Origin: Pelomyxa schiedti
Taxonomy: Eukaryota; Protista; Evosea
Assembly: GCA_020536535.1 (NCBI GenBank)
Contig: JAHLWZ010000866.1
Coordinates: 1-64,000 of the forward strand
DNA: 64,000 bases
Reading direction: 5' to 3'
The first letter of the stretch is position 1. Each line of letters begins with the position of its first letter. This document shows positions 24,713 through 37,504 of this stretch, in pieces. The notes under the pieces are model-generated. The model was not told the origin of the DNA. It was given only the letters and a program-made list of their open reading frames with translations, and ran no database searches. A program made the translations under genes and the position numbers.

Positions 24713-27612
24713 CTACTGAAGGCAACACTTGCGGTCCGGGTCAGGTTCTGGTGTTGTATTTTGGCTACGAACCCAATGCCGCACTGTGTTTTGCATCATG
24801 ATTTGTAATGAAGAGGTGAGTTGCATGGCTGAAATTTCACAGTAGGGAACAGAGAGCTTCCTGCAGTTTCAAAAGCAGGGGAATAAAAAGTTAGTTAGCA
24901 AGTTGGATTGAGATTCAGGTTATGTACCTCGATAGAGCCTCTCCTTCACTCTGACTGATGCACTTGAGGGTGGTGGCAGCTCGAAGGTCTCTGGTGTTGT
25001 GTTTGGTTGGGCAAGTTGTGTTCAATATTGAGCAATACACACATCTTGGTGGCCACAAGAAGATAGGGAGTATCTGGACAGAACCTACGAATTTCTGGAA
25101 CCCATTTAGCCTCCTACTTGAGAATTCAGAGTGGTAAAAGTGGAATAGCCGTACTACACACCACATCCCTAATGCTATCCGGGGAATTAACAGCGAACAT
25201 AACAAGAAACATATCTGTGGAGGGATACCTAAAGCACAAAAGGAATTAAAGCAATGCGGGAACAAAGAAACACAGTTACGATAGTGGTCGCAATCTGTCA
25301 TAGTCTTCCTGTCCAGCCTACGATATAGAGTCAAGGAAGTTCAACACATAGGAAAATTACAGTATCCCAAAAATTGATGGAAAATATTAGCTTGTCAACG
25401 ATAATACTAGTAGAGGGGCTCTCAAATCCGGCTGTATATAGGAAGGTTCTTAGATCGTTGTTAAGCAAGACAAAGATAAAGGATGAAGTCGTATACGGGA
25501 AAATATTGTCTACGCATGTCCTGATGGCAGAAGTTTTACCCACGCCTGGATTTCCAACAAGAACGAGTTTCATGGAAGGCTGAAGAACGCCACCAAATTT
25601 ATGTTTTTGCTTGTGTAATGTATTTCGCCAGGATATCAGCTGGAAGAAGCTTAATCTCCTGTCATAGTTACCATGAAGGTCTACCTGGGATCGTGCGGAT
25701 ATAGGCGGTGACAACACTGTCGTTGCTAATCCTGATGCAAATTCGGTCCATAACTGGTCATTGAAGCAAGTAATACGATACCACTGCTTGCATACAGCAC
25801 CACACCTAGAGTAAAATTGATTCACTGATACTTGAGATTATGCATCACCTGGCTAAGTCACTAGGGTTGTCCAGATACGAAAAAATTTGAAATAAAATAT
25901 CATCAGGGAGTAAGTTGGATCTGACTAACTCCTGCTCCTGGTTTACAGCAACTAACATCCTGCATTTGAGGAGGTCTCCACTTTTGGTTAATACTTGTCC
26001 ACCAGTAATGTACAGATATTCTCTGGTTACCATTTAAAATCCCCTCAACGAAACCTGTACATACCGGAAGATACAAGCAGCTCCAAATGAATGTGACTGG
26101 AAAATAGAACCTGCGTACTTAGGAGAGTGTGTTGTCCACATGTATCGTTGAAGGTCAAGAGTGTGAATGGCGCAAGCAGCCACTTTTTTAGTCTGTGGGA
26201 AACTTCCACCAAATATGTGAAGCTCTCCCGAGCTGGTGTCCAGTGTGTGAGCTGATCCCCACCTTAAACCGGTTTGGTAAAGGGTTATCTCGGTAGTGAT
26301 CAGACCTCGGGAGGGGAACATCACCAGTGACCGTTATTAGCGACCATTGTAAAGTTTCCAAATTGAGCTGCCACAGGTCGCTATCAACGGGATCTCTGCT
26401 GTTGGCGGAAAGACCACCAAAGATATACATCTTTCCATTATACTGACAGGCAGAATGGAAATACCTAACACAGAGTGAGTTGTAGGCGGCAATATCCGCA
26501 TATTACCGTGGGGGGATTTCACCTTGGGCAGCAACTGAATTCCATGATTGGGAGAGGGTATTATACGAATATACGTCATTGCATGTATTCCTGTGCAATA
26601 TGAGAAGTTCATCGACGACATTTGACATACCCATTACAATCATAACCGCCAAATATGAAAATAATATCATTGAAAATGACGGCTGAGTGTCCATACCGCA
26701 TCTGACGACTAGTCACTCAAATGCAAGAAAGGTGAAGTGAACATTTGGAGCATTGTCACTCTGAAAGCCTTGCGGAGATAGGCGTTTCCAAGAATTTGTG
26801 CCCAAAGATAGTTGCCACAAGTCATTCAATATAAAACTGGGCGCTAAGTTTAGGCAGCTGGCAATATTTATGTCGAAAGTTGAATTCCACACGTGTTGCG
26901 GCCGCCAAATATAAACACAGAGTCACAGCTGTGGGAATACACCGAAGAGTGATGAATCCTCCTCAAAGCCTCTGAACAACCAAAAAAAAGGAGGAGAAAA
27001 AAAAAAAAGGCAAGGGAGAATCGCCGCGTCAGTCCAACCAGCGAATTCAGGAGAAAGAATGAAACTATTCGAAAAAGCGGAGTGACGGCTAATCATACTA
27101 TCAGTTCCCCCCGTAGTCGTTAGCTTTTCCCATCTGAACCCAACTCTCTCACCAGTCCCTTCAGGCCACAACCTCCAAACCTCAGATAAGAAAATTCTCT
27201 CAATGGAATTCACAGCCCCTGAGGCTGAGGCTGAGGCTGAGGCTGTGCTTGAGGACAAAGGCAGGCAGGCACCGCCAAACATGACGGCGTGGGACCCATA
27301 ATCGGAGACCGCCAGTGGCATCCCCGTCGGGGCGCCACTGGGCGGGGCCTCGGCCGGCCTGTGGTGCGCCCCGGGGGCAATCCCATAAGCCTGGTACGTC
27401 GGCGGCGGTACCCTTGTCATGCTGTGCCCGTATCTGCACACTGGCACCCCACACACTACGGCTGCTCCTCCTCCAACACTCGATGTCGCTGCCTCCGTCG
27501 TGGAAGTCGTTGGTGCCGATGTTGATGGGACCCCTGGGTCATTGGGCTCAATATCAGTAGACACCAACGACCACCACGAGGCAGTTCCCACGCCCCTTGA
27601 TCGTCGCTTCAT
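24713..27612 (-). CDS. Kelch-repeat + F-box + Rac/Rho GTPase fusion with CaaX
   Basis: Kelch blades (RYGHSM, MYIFGG, LHIFGG); F-box LLPDDILFQIFSYLDNPSDLAR|CGAVCKQW; GTPase KLVLVGNPGVGKT, WDT|AGQEDYDRLRPLS|YP, YCEISA; ends RKCCLQ*. Confidence 0.85.
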
Positions 27613-27844
27613 GAAAAACAGATTGACTTGACATTTGTTCAAGTCTTCTGAAAAAAGCACTTGAGCAAATTTGTGCATTAAGGTGTGTACAGAATTGACC
27701 CTGGAGCCATTCCATGGTATTACTGACTGTGTTACATTTGCATGGCCTGGCAATAGATTTCATGAACTGAGTAGAAGACAGTTGGAAACTCAAATGGTGG
27801 AATGCAAAACAAATACATTTTATTACATAGAGGATAGGCTTTCC

Positions 27845-28908
27845 TTAGGTGTGAAGGTGTGCGCTAGAACTAGTTTGAAACAAAGGTATTGATGTGCGTG
27901 CTATCGACGTGCCATCACGCGATGTCTCAAGGTCAACACAATTAACCTCAAACTCAAATCCTGTGAGTTCATCCCTCAGTTGTGATAGGAGGGGCATAAT
28001 GCCGGGAATACTTGCTGTTGTAAAGTAGCAAACGCTGATATGCCCTGCCCCACCATACCATGGAGCAGCACCAACAGCACTTGTACACCTATAGACAATG
28101 TGGGGTTATGGCACAGTGTCAGAGTACAATACTATTAGCAAATAGTATATGTTGGGTTTTTTTTCCTCCTAGAATACCGTGCTACTTGGTTGTTTTTAAT
28201 GAAGGGCTGCGTGGGAATGGGATAGTTTACTTGCTCCTAAGTTCAGAGAGTTTGTCAGAGTCTATTTCAATTACAAGGCAAGATATGTCCTTGTCTGTGA
28301 TTCGTTCAAGCTTTGAAAGGTGTGGTGCACGCAACCTGACTTTATAATTCAACTTAACCATATTAAAACCCGAAAATATACAATACACATATTTCACAGA
28401 TAAAGAAAACAGTAAAAAAAAAAAAAAAAAAATAGACACGCGAGAATGCCTTGCCTCGAAGCGGTGCGCCGTCGGCGATCCCGAGCCTGGGGCACTCGCG
28501 ACTGAGGCAATCTGCTATCTGTTCCCTGAGCGCGTCGTGGGCCCCCGAGGCCCTCACTACGAAGCTGGCGTGGTGCCAGTGTCCCCCGGCGCCCAGCGCG
28601 CGCCTGCGTGCCTGGCACCCGTGCCTCGCGCTCTCGGCCCACGACGCGGGCGACATCAGGGCGTGCCCGTCCATGTCCGTGAGGTCCACTCTGTGCTGCT
28701 GCTGCTCTTGGTGGTGGTGCTCGTCCTCGTGCTGCTGGTTCTCCTCGTGCCCGTGACCCTGGTCCGTGTCAGCTGGGGTGCGTTGAGTGTGCTTGTCGAT
28801 GTAATCCCTGAGGAGACGAGTCAGCGACTCGGGCAGTGGCACGTAGCAAGACGAAGTTGTTGTTTGTGTTGTAGTTGTAGTCGCCGTGGCGCCGTCTGTG
28901 TGTCTCAT
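27845..28908 (-). CDS. Probable 2H phosphoesterase-fold protein
   Basis: Two HxS motifs (WHHASFV and GHISVCY) with a terminal FEFEVNCVDL strand, as in 2H enzymes. Internal splicing only partly resolved. Confidence 0.45.
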
Positions 28909-29098
28909 GGAATCTGATCAAAAGTTTCGTCGTCTTCTCGGATCTATCTGCTAATTTTTTTCCCCCCTTTTCTTCGGGCCTGTCAATTAAATCTTTTATT
29001 CTTTTATTGCGTTGCGGTGCAACAAGTACGCCGGAGAACGACACCGACAAAGCAATAAGAAAACCAACGCTCGCGTTTCGTGTTTCGTGACCGTCACC

Positions 29099-32000
29099 AT
29101 GATGAGATCTACGGCCACGACGTCGGCGGCGTCGCCGCGTACGCTGCAGGATTTCGAAGACCGGCGAAACGGCGGATCTTTCGGCAGCACTTTCGGCAAC
29201 ACCACCACAACGCCGGCCTTTGGATCTACCGGAGAAACTCTGCTTGGCAGATCTACAATGACTTCGGGACTGAGGCTGGGAAACAGAGGCGTGATTGGCG
29301 GGCCACTTTCCGCGTTCATTCCGCTGGATCCGTCTGGACTGTTGCCTACTGGATTCGCGCGGGCCGCAGCGCAGGAGGACGTGCCGAGAAATGTGGTCGG
29401 AATGAAAGCTGGTGCTCTCAACTATCACGATTTACGAAAAACGTGTGAGGATGTGGAGTTGCACATGCCACGAGACCTGTGTGTTTTTTTTTTTTTTTTT
29501 TTCTTTTCATTTTCTTTTTCTTTCAATTTTGTTACTTTTTAACTGACACCTTTTCCCTGGGTAGAAGGAACAGGCAGTGGGAATTGCCTCAGGCGCCAAG
29601 TTTTGGGCCGTACATTGCAACACCATGGGAACAGCTCCTGATACACCCTTCTATCCCATTTCCCCCTGAGGTTTTGCAGTCTCACAATCGTACGTTTTCT
29701 CTGAACCCCTTCTGTTAATAATACTTTACAAGGAGGTCCTAATGGAGGATGTGGTTTTTTTGTTTTACCTCTTATTGAGCACGCCTGTATTTCTATTGCC
29801 CAGGAATTGTACCTTTGGAAGTATAACATTGACATGTGCTTGAATTTCACAGTACATGCTTTCATATTAACCGAATCCTAGACAGCATTGTGGTCTTCAA
29901 CACCTAAGTTTTGGCCAAGATATTGTTACAGCCACTGTGTTTCCCCCGAAGGTTGCACTATTTGTTACTTTCCGTCCCAACTTTTTAAAGCCTGGTGTAT
30001 TCCAAGAGCATATAAAATATCTACTTGCGATCTCTACCGCTGGGGAAGTAGTCATCTATGGCGTTGCAGCTTCTGAAAACGACTATCAATTTCTTCCAAG
30101 TATTCGTCATCCTACCATGCAGTTAAACAAAGGGACATTTTAGGTGACCTCAGGATAACTATTGATGGAGGTCACATAAACAAGCTCCTTGGAATGCGTA
30201 ATGGACGATTACTCATGTGTGGAACTGATGGTTCTGTTAATGAGTTTCAGTACGGAGCCGGAGTATGTTTCCTGGTCCATGTTATGGGATCCAACCTTCC
30301 CTTCCTCTTACAGGGATCAAGTGGGGGTTGGTTTTCTGGGTTATTTAGAAGCAAATGTCGTCGAGTTTATGCCACATCGCGGGTTACAGGCTACATTGCA
30401 CCTATTATTAAATGGTTGGCCTCAGTAGACAGTTTTTTTTTTTATCTGCATGAACCTTTTTCTTTCCATTGCAGGTTTACTTCAGCTGAGCCATTGGTGG
30501 ATGCAGCTCTTGATGATTACCGAAATATTCTCTATACGTTATCAGACAGTGACACATTAAAAGTAGAAGGTTCACTAATGTTTGTATTTCAACTTACAGT
30601 AAAAAGGTGTATGATCTGGGAGGTACAGTCAAGAGTATTTATGTAAGGCACAATAACATTTCACAGCTGACGGCTTTATGTGTCCTGCTGAAGTTGCCGT
30701 ACTTCAAACTCCTTGGACTGCAGTTGCACAAACCTTCCCTGAGCCGCAACCACAACTTGTTACTAGGGTTGGAAACGCCTCTTTTCCCCAATTTCTCATT
30801 TATACACAGGACCCGCATAAGCTACCAGATCAGTATAAAAATGAATCCTGGGACCGTGCTATAGTAGCTTTCATTTTACCTAAACAACTACTCACACACA
30901 AAAAAGCAAGCTGGCCGAGTTGATAGTGGATTGGTCTTCACAGATATCAATCAGAAGTGGAACTATCTTCTCCGTGAGGGAATTGTTTCTGAGGTTGTCT
31001 CTATGCCCTGTTACAACCTTTTAATATTTTATTCAGAGATACTATCAGGGTATATATGTGCTTCCTCCCTCTGAAACAACTCAAATGCACTTGGTGGCTG
31101 TAACAATGCATGGTGCTCGGGTTTATTATTCAACAACTAACCAAAGTGTATGTGCCTTACACCCAAAAGTTCCTTCACTTGTAAACAGGACCCAATAACT
31201 ACCCGCCCATATACACTTAGGGTTGCTCATGTAAGAATGCCTCCCCCTACAGCAGGTCAAAAAATTATCCTCATAATTCGTTACTTATCCTCAAAAGAGT
31301 CAAATTCCCTACAATCATGTCCTTTGTACTCTCAGGGGGTTTTTTTCTTGCAAGCCACTGATTCTAATACCCTGTTTGTTGTTGCACCTCAAGTCAAATC
31401 TGACTTCGGTGATGCACCTCCCCATGTGCAGTATATGGGGCAAGGTGCCAATTTTGAGGAACAAATTTCCCCCTTTCAGGTTGTTCGTCCCTGGTAGCAC
31501 CCATCCACCAGGCACTAATTAAAAACTAGTTCCCTGAGAGAATCTGGTGTCTCTGTGATGTTGTTGAACCCCAACCCCATCTCCCACAGCATAATGACTT
31601 CTGCCTCTCCAGTAGGAACGAATTAGTTTTACAGCACCTTCGTGCTCCAAAAACCTTTGTTTGTATGACTGGAACAGGTACTAGACTCTAATAACAAACA
31701 AATGGCCAACCCAAATCTTTCAACAGGTGTGCGCCTCATGACAAAGCAAAGACCAATCGATCAGCTTTTGTTGCTTTTGCAAAAGAGCGGAATAGATGAC
31801 GACACCGAGATCAATGTTGTATTGATTACTACGTCATATCTCTGACGGTTTTTTTTTTTTGTTTGTTTGTTTCTTTTTGCAAAGACTTTTTTTACTGCCC
31901 ATGGTAATAACGAGACCTGTGCCATGTTACTTTCTCTTATTTGTGATATTTCTGGTGATACTACATTATCAAGTAAGCCAACTACTATCGTATTATTGGT

Positions 32001-35000
32001 GATCACTTGTGTTAATATAGCCTTTTCATAGGCAAAACCAACACACAAGATCTGCGAGATTTTGCGATTCACACCTTTTACAAACATGGTGGAGTAGCCA
32101 AGTACATCAAGCATGCTGACGGCCTTTTGTTACAAGGTTTCGTACTCTCTTGTACTGTGTTTTAATGTGTAATGTAGGAGAGTGCCCCTATTCATCACTG
32201 GGATCCCAACTTGCAAATTTAATACAGTATTCACACAAACATGAGGCAATATACCTTGTAGTGAGTCGACTGCTTTCCCCCCTGTGGCGAACAACATTGT
32301 AACTTAATTCATCTGCATGAAATAGTAAAATTTGTATTTAGATTCCCTTTACCCTGTCCCCTTCCCCAGTTAGCAACACTAGAACAAGTCCTACTTCGTA
32401 TTTCCGATTTCCTTGCAACCTATATCCTTACTCTTTCTCTTACGAGCCTTTTGAATGTTGCCTTAACTTCCACAACATATTACTAGAGCTCCAACCTATG
32501 GGCTCCAGCAGCAGTTCAGAGCCTTACAAAATGCCAGTGCAGAGAACGCTGCAGAATTGGTTTCCCCCTACGAATATCTATGCTCCTATTAACGTAGGCC
32601 TTTCTCCTTACTCAGCAAGAAAGCCAATCCATAGCAAGAATAAAGGAGTTGATAAAGCATTGTGCTGAAACCGTTGCACTGTTACAGTTATACAACGAAA
32701 ATTGCCCTAGGTTGAGTTAAGAATTAAGTAATATGAGATAACACTACCAGAGGAAACCCCCACACTGCAGTCACCTTCCGGGAATTCCTTTGTGATTCTG
32801 AGTCAAGTCTGGCCCAGCAGCTTATCACAGAAATAATGGACGAACAAATCAGAGTTAACAACGTGTGTCAATCTTTTTCTTTTCTTTAGTTGAGCTCCTC
32901 TGCAGTCCGATCACGTAAGTCTTGAACTCGAAACACGTTGTTCAAGCTACTTCTCCAAGCAAACACACCTTCTTTACAAAGTGAGTCCAGTCAAATCCCT
33001 ACGGTGTTAACCTTTCCGTTTTGCTGTAGGGCCGGGATCTACTTCTGTCTGCAAAGCAACAAAAGAATCCTGTATTACTCAAGGAAGCTCTGGAGGTAAT
33101 TTGCATTTCAATAGTAATTGTTTTAACGGTAAATAGTACTACAAACAAATTCGAGATCCTCCTTTCTCTGGTATGTGCCGCACCTTCAAAAAAGTTTGTA
33201 CTCACATTGCCTAGAACTTATAGATGTGTGTTACGATCACCCAAAATTGTTTATTGATGTTGCAACCACTGTTGCTCGAATTGGGGATCCCACTGGTAAA
33301 CCACATTTTCTTACCTTTTTTCCCGGTGGCTAAACAATAAAGATATCTCATCACACTGGACTCCAACTGCGGATGCAACTGTGAGGAATGCTCGGGCACA
33401 CCGTATGAATTGCTACAAATACATTTTCGCTTTGTTGGATGAACTGCCGAAAGGTATTGTTCACATATTAGATTGTTTTTACTTGTTTCTTTATTTTATT
33501 TTATTGAGCATTAAATTCGATTGACAGATATTCAAAATGACACAATCGGTCACATTTTACAAATTAGTGATAAAACGCTGCACTGGCAACTTTACGATTG
33601 GCTTCTTACTAACAAGAGTCCCATCATCTACGATGTATTCTCTCTGTCGAACTAAGAATTTTCATAAAACTTTTTCAGATAGAGACACCCTTCATAGAGG
33701 AGTTCTTCAAGTTTTCTCAAAAAGAAAATTTGGCTGAAGTTCGTACATTTATCTATTAACAATTTTCATCTTCTTTTTCTGAACGCCTTAGTGGTATCAA
33801 AAGCATGGCAAACTTGAGAAAGCCGCCAAAATATATTTTGATCTTGGGACAATTGAGGTTCAAGCTCCATGCCCTGTGTTACCTTATCATTTACCAACAG
33901 GGCAATGTTTCTCTTGAAGATAAACTCCAAAGGTTGAACAAGGCCGCAGTGCTTGACCCAAGGCTACGTCAAGATACTCAGGCTCTCATCCCCGTGTGTA
34001 GTTCCTTGCAGCAAAAAAAGAGGCTAACCTGCCTTCTTCTCCCCAAAAAGCGCATTGAAATTCAATCTCTTTTGCTCAAAAAATTCCAAGTGGACAAAAT
34101 TGCACCTCCAAAAGAACTAGAGGGCACGATTTTAAGTTTTGAACAGGTAATCCCCCCTTTTCTGGTGGTATGGTAGTCAACACCTTGTTCAAGCTGTTGG
34201 GAATCGCTATCTCCCACCGAATTTATGAATCAGTTTTTGACGTGGCTTGCTGGATAACAGTTCCCAGTGATGTACTTGAGGATGCATGGGAAAAACTTTT
34301 AAATACAAGTGCGGTTCAGTGTTACTTCTACACCAGCCTAACATTAATTTATGCTCTAGCTACAGATATTCAAGACGCTTTAGCAGTCGTGAGTATCCAA
34401 GGCAGAAAATACTTCAGGCATTACCCAAACGGGCCATTCCTCCTAGGTAATCCCTTTAAAAGACAAACTGCCAAGTAACCAACAGTAGATTTCCTTGTTT
34501 CTCATCTTGAAACGATGAATTTTCGCTCCAATCGCATGAATAACCTGGTTCATCATGTAGGGACACCACTGGAAACCCACATTCATCGCGTTGCATCAAC
34601 AATGCTCAAGATAGGGGTAAAAGAAACGATTTTGCTACAAGCATACCATCAAGTGTATAATTCGGTAAGGCGTCTGTAATGTTGGTTGTAAAATCACAAA
34701 ACTGCAGCGTGCACCCGTTCCAGAACAGGAATGGAAGATACACCTTTTGCAAATAATCAGATTCCTCAACACATCTCTTTTGTGTGTTCTTGGTTCTTTA
34801 TGTTACAACCAACAGTGCCTAGGACTGAATACAGAGAAGGGAAGACTTTGTTGAGCAGAGAATGCATTGGCCAGTACCTGCGTCATTTGCAAGAATCATT
34901 CACCCGACAACCCGAGACAGAAGAACTTACAAGGTCTTCTAATATCCCCTTTACCTTCATTCAACTCCGCACTCTAACCTCCCTACAGAGAATTCCAGCG

Positions 35001-35013
35001 GTTGTTATCCTAA
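29099..35013 (+). CDS. NUP155: Nucleoporin Nup155/Nup170
   Basis: IPFPPEV; LPLIEHACISIAQELYLWKY; KPGVFQEHIKYLLAIST; GRLLMCGTDGSVNEFQY; GWF...KCRR; DDYRNILYTL; HLVAVTMHGARVY; LRVAHVRMPP; many short exons. Confidence 0.9.
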
Positions 35014-35212
35014 AGCACTACATCAATCGAAGGAAAAGACACACACCCAAAAACCCCTCCTAGTAATTCCTTCCTTGCAAGAAGGAAAACTACCAACACA
35101 ACCCCAAACAACGCCTACTTATCTCTGAAAGCAGAAGAGCAAAAAAGAAGCTCCACAAAAAAAAACCAGTTTTTTTTATTTCCCCTAATTGACCGTTGGC
35201 CGATTGACGTTG

Positions 35213-37401
35213 ATGGAAACTCTTGTGCGTCTAGGGGGCACGTGGTCAGGCACTGAGGGAAGTTGGTTGCGAAGGGAGGCTCTTTGGACATTGACGAATG
35301 TAACTACTTACAACAAGCCAACTGCGCATGCCCGTAACCCGATAGAGTGCGTAAATTCCATATTGTGGGAGAAATAATGGCCATTGAGGTGGTTTCTTTT
35401 TTTTGGTTTTTTGTTTGTTTTTGTGTAATGAAATAAATGTAAGTCCTAATGTAGAACTCCATAGTGAACTATGTTTGATGTGGGCACTGGGAGTTGGTGA
35501 TTATGATTCCCAGTACTGGGCAGGGCAATCTGGGCTGGGCTTTGTTCGGGTCTTGCTGTCAGATAGGGCCGGGTCTTCCAAATTTTTTGCAACTGCTCTA
35601 TTGAATGAAGTTGACTCACGTGGATTGCTTCGTGCTTTGAACCAATACAGCGTTTTGAACAAATTGACCATTTTCCATGGTGTTACAATGATACTTGCAG
35701 ACGCAGAAGCAACACAATTACTGGTAAACATACCTGCAGGAGTCTTCACAAATGCCACATTAACTCTGACACTTGCTGCCGATCATTCAAGACTGAACTT
35801 CTCTTCAATTATCCATCACATAGGTCACCTGAAAAAACTAGTTATTCGAGGCATAGACTTGCATGAAGGAGTGAGCGAATTTGCTTCAAGGATCGCATTC
35901 AGTGAGACCCTCTCTGAACTTACTCTTGCCTCATGCCAACTTGACATACATGACGTTTACAGCATAGCCGCTGCTGCTCGTTGCTGCGCTTCATTACACG
36001 CCATTGACTTGAGCGGAAACCCAAGTATTGGGAACGCTGGAGCAGCTTGTCTAGCTGCAGCAATAGCTGGCAAAAACGGTACTCCTTTCACAAGAGTGAA
36101 TCTGCGGGCATGCATGATCCAAAATGGCGGTGCATATGCATTAGCATCAGTGATGAAGACGTTACTGAAGTCTACTGGAGTGCCAACTCTTAGCATTATT
36201 TTGACCAACAACAGTATTTCTGCAGCTTGCATCCGTCGTATTACACAGGAGATTGGAGACAAGTTCCTTTATTCCGCTGTACCTGTTGTCAAGATATGTA
36301 TGATAGGATCTGGCGGTATTGGTACCAAGTCAGGTATTTTACTTTGTACCTCCATCAATCTCATTTGTTTCAGCTCTCACACTAGTATTTCTACAGGTTT
36401 ACAACCAATTCTTTTTACCGTTAACCTCTACCAGAATCACTTTGTCACAGAGTATGACCCGACCATAGAAGATTCCTATAGAAAGTATATGCTGTACTGT
36501 AAGGTTATCGATATGAACCATCTCTTAGGTCATATGTACTTGACGGTCAGCCTATTATCATGGACATTACTGACACAGGTGAGGAGCTGTTTTTGTTGCT
36601 TCTTCTAAAAATTAAATTTCCTGTCTTTTCCAGCTGGACAAGAGGAGTAAGATTTCTTTCCAAAGCACCACTCTTTAACTTTCTCATAGATACTCAGCCA
36701 TGCGGGACACGTAACTAACTTCAGTAATCCTTTGTTTGACATTTGGCAGATATTACCCTCACCACGACGTATTTTGCGTAGGGTATGCGATGTAACTCAT
36801 TATGCAGCTCACTTATACTAAAAGGTATTCAGTAACATCCCGTTCAAGCTTCGAGGATGTAATAAATTTCCATACGGCTATTCTAAGAGTTCGTGCAGCA
36901 TCCGACTATCCCAAGGGTACTAAGAAGCTAATTGTATGTATTCCAATTGCCACAACCCACCAGCTTTGTAGTACTGTTGGGAGGAAAATGTGATCTTGAG
37001 GCTGAAAGAGTAGTCAGTTATGACGAAGGAGTAGCACTTGCACGACAGCTGAATTGTACTTTTTTGGAGGCCAGTTTTTTTTCTCTTGCCAACGAACGCT
37101 CTTATAATCTCTAACCCGTTGTAAAACAAACAAAAAGGTAAGTGCCAAAACGCGAGTCAACGTTGACACCGCATTTGAAACTGCGGCTCGGGCCGGTCTG
37201 GAGGACAGGAGAAAAGGGATAGTCTTTGACCCAGTCCCTTTCCCAATGCTTACCAAGCTCCCGATCCCCTCACTCACCAAAATGAAGGCCACAGAAATCC
37301 CTGTACTTCCTGACATTACTCTATGTTCTACACCAACATCCCCCGAAGAACCACCTCAGAACGAGGACCTAATAGGTATCTACTTCATTTGTACTTGGTG
37401 A
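35213..37401 (+). CDS. RNI-like LRR + C-terminal Ras-family GTPase fusion
   Basis: LRRs (LSELTLASCQL, LHAIDLSGNPSIGNAGA, VNLRACMI); Ras domain GSGGIGTKS|AL, FVTEYDPTIEDSYRK, DT|AGQEE|YSAMRD, GKCDL, FLE|VSAK. Start position approximate. Confidence 0.85.
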
Positions 37402-37504
37402 TACTAAAAATACAAAAAAAAGACTGGGTCAATACTCAAGTCCCATAGAGTACAAAAAGTTCTTGTTCAAAATGAAGTAAAATAACAATATCTTTATTTG
37501 TATA

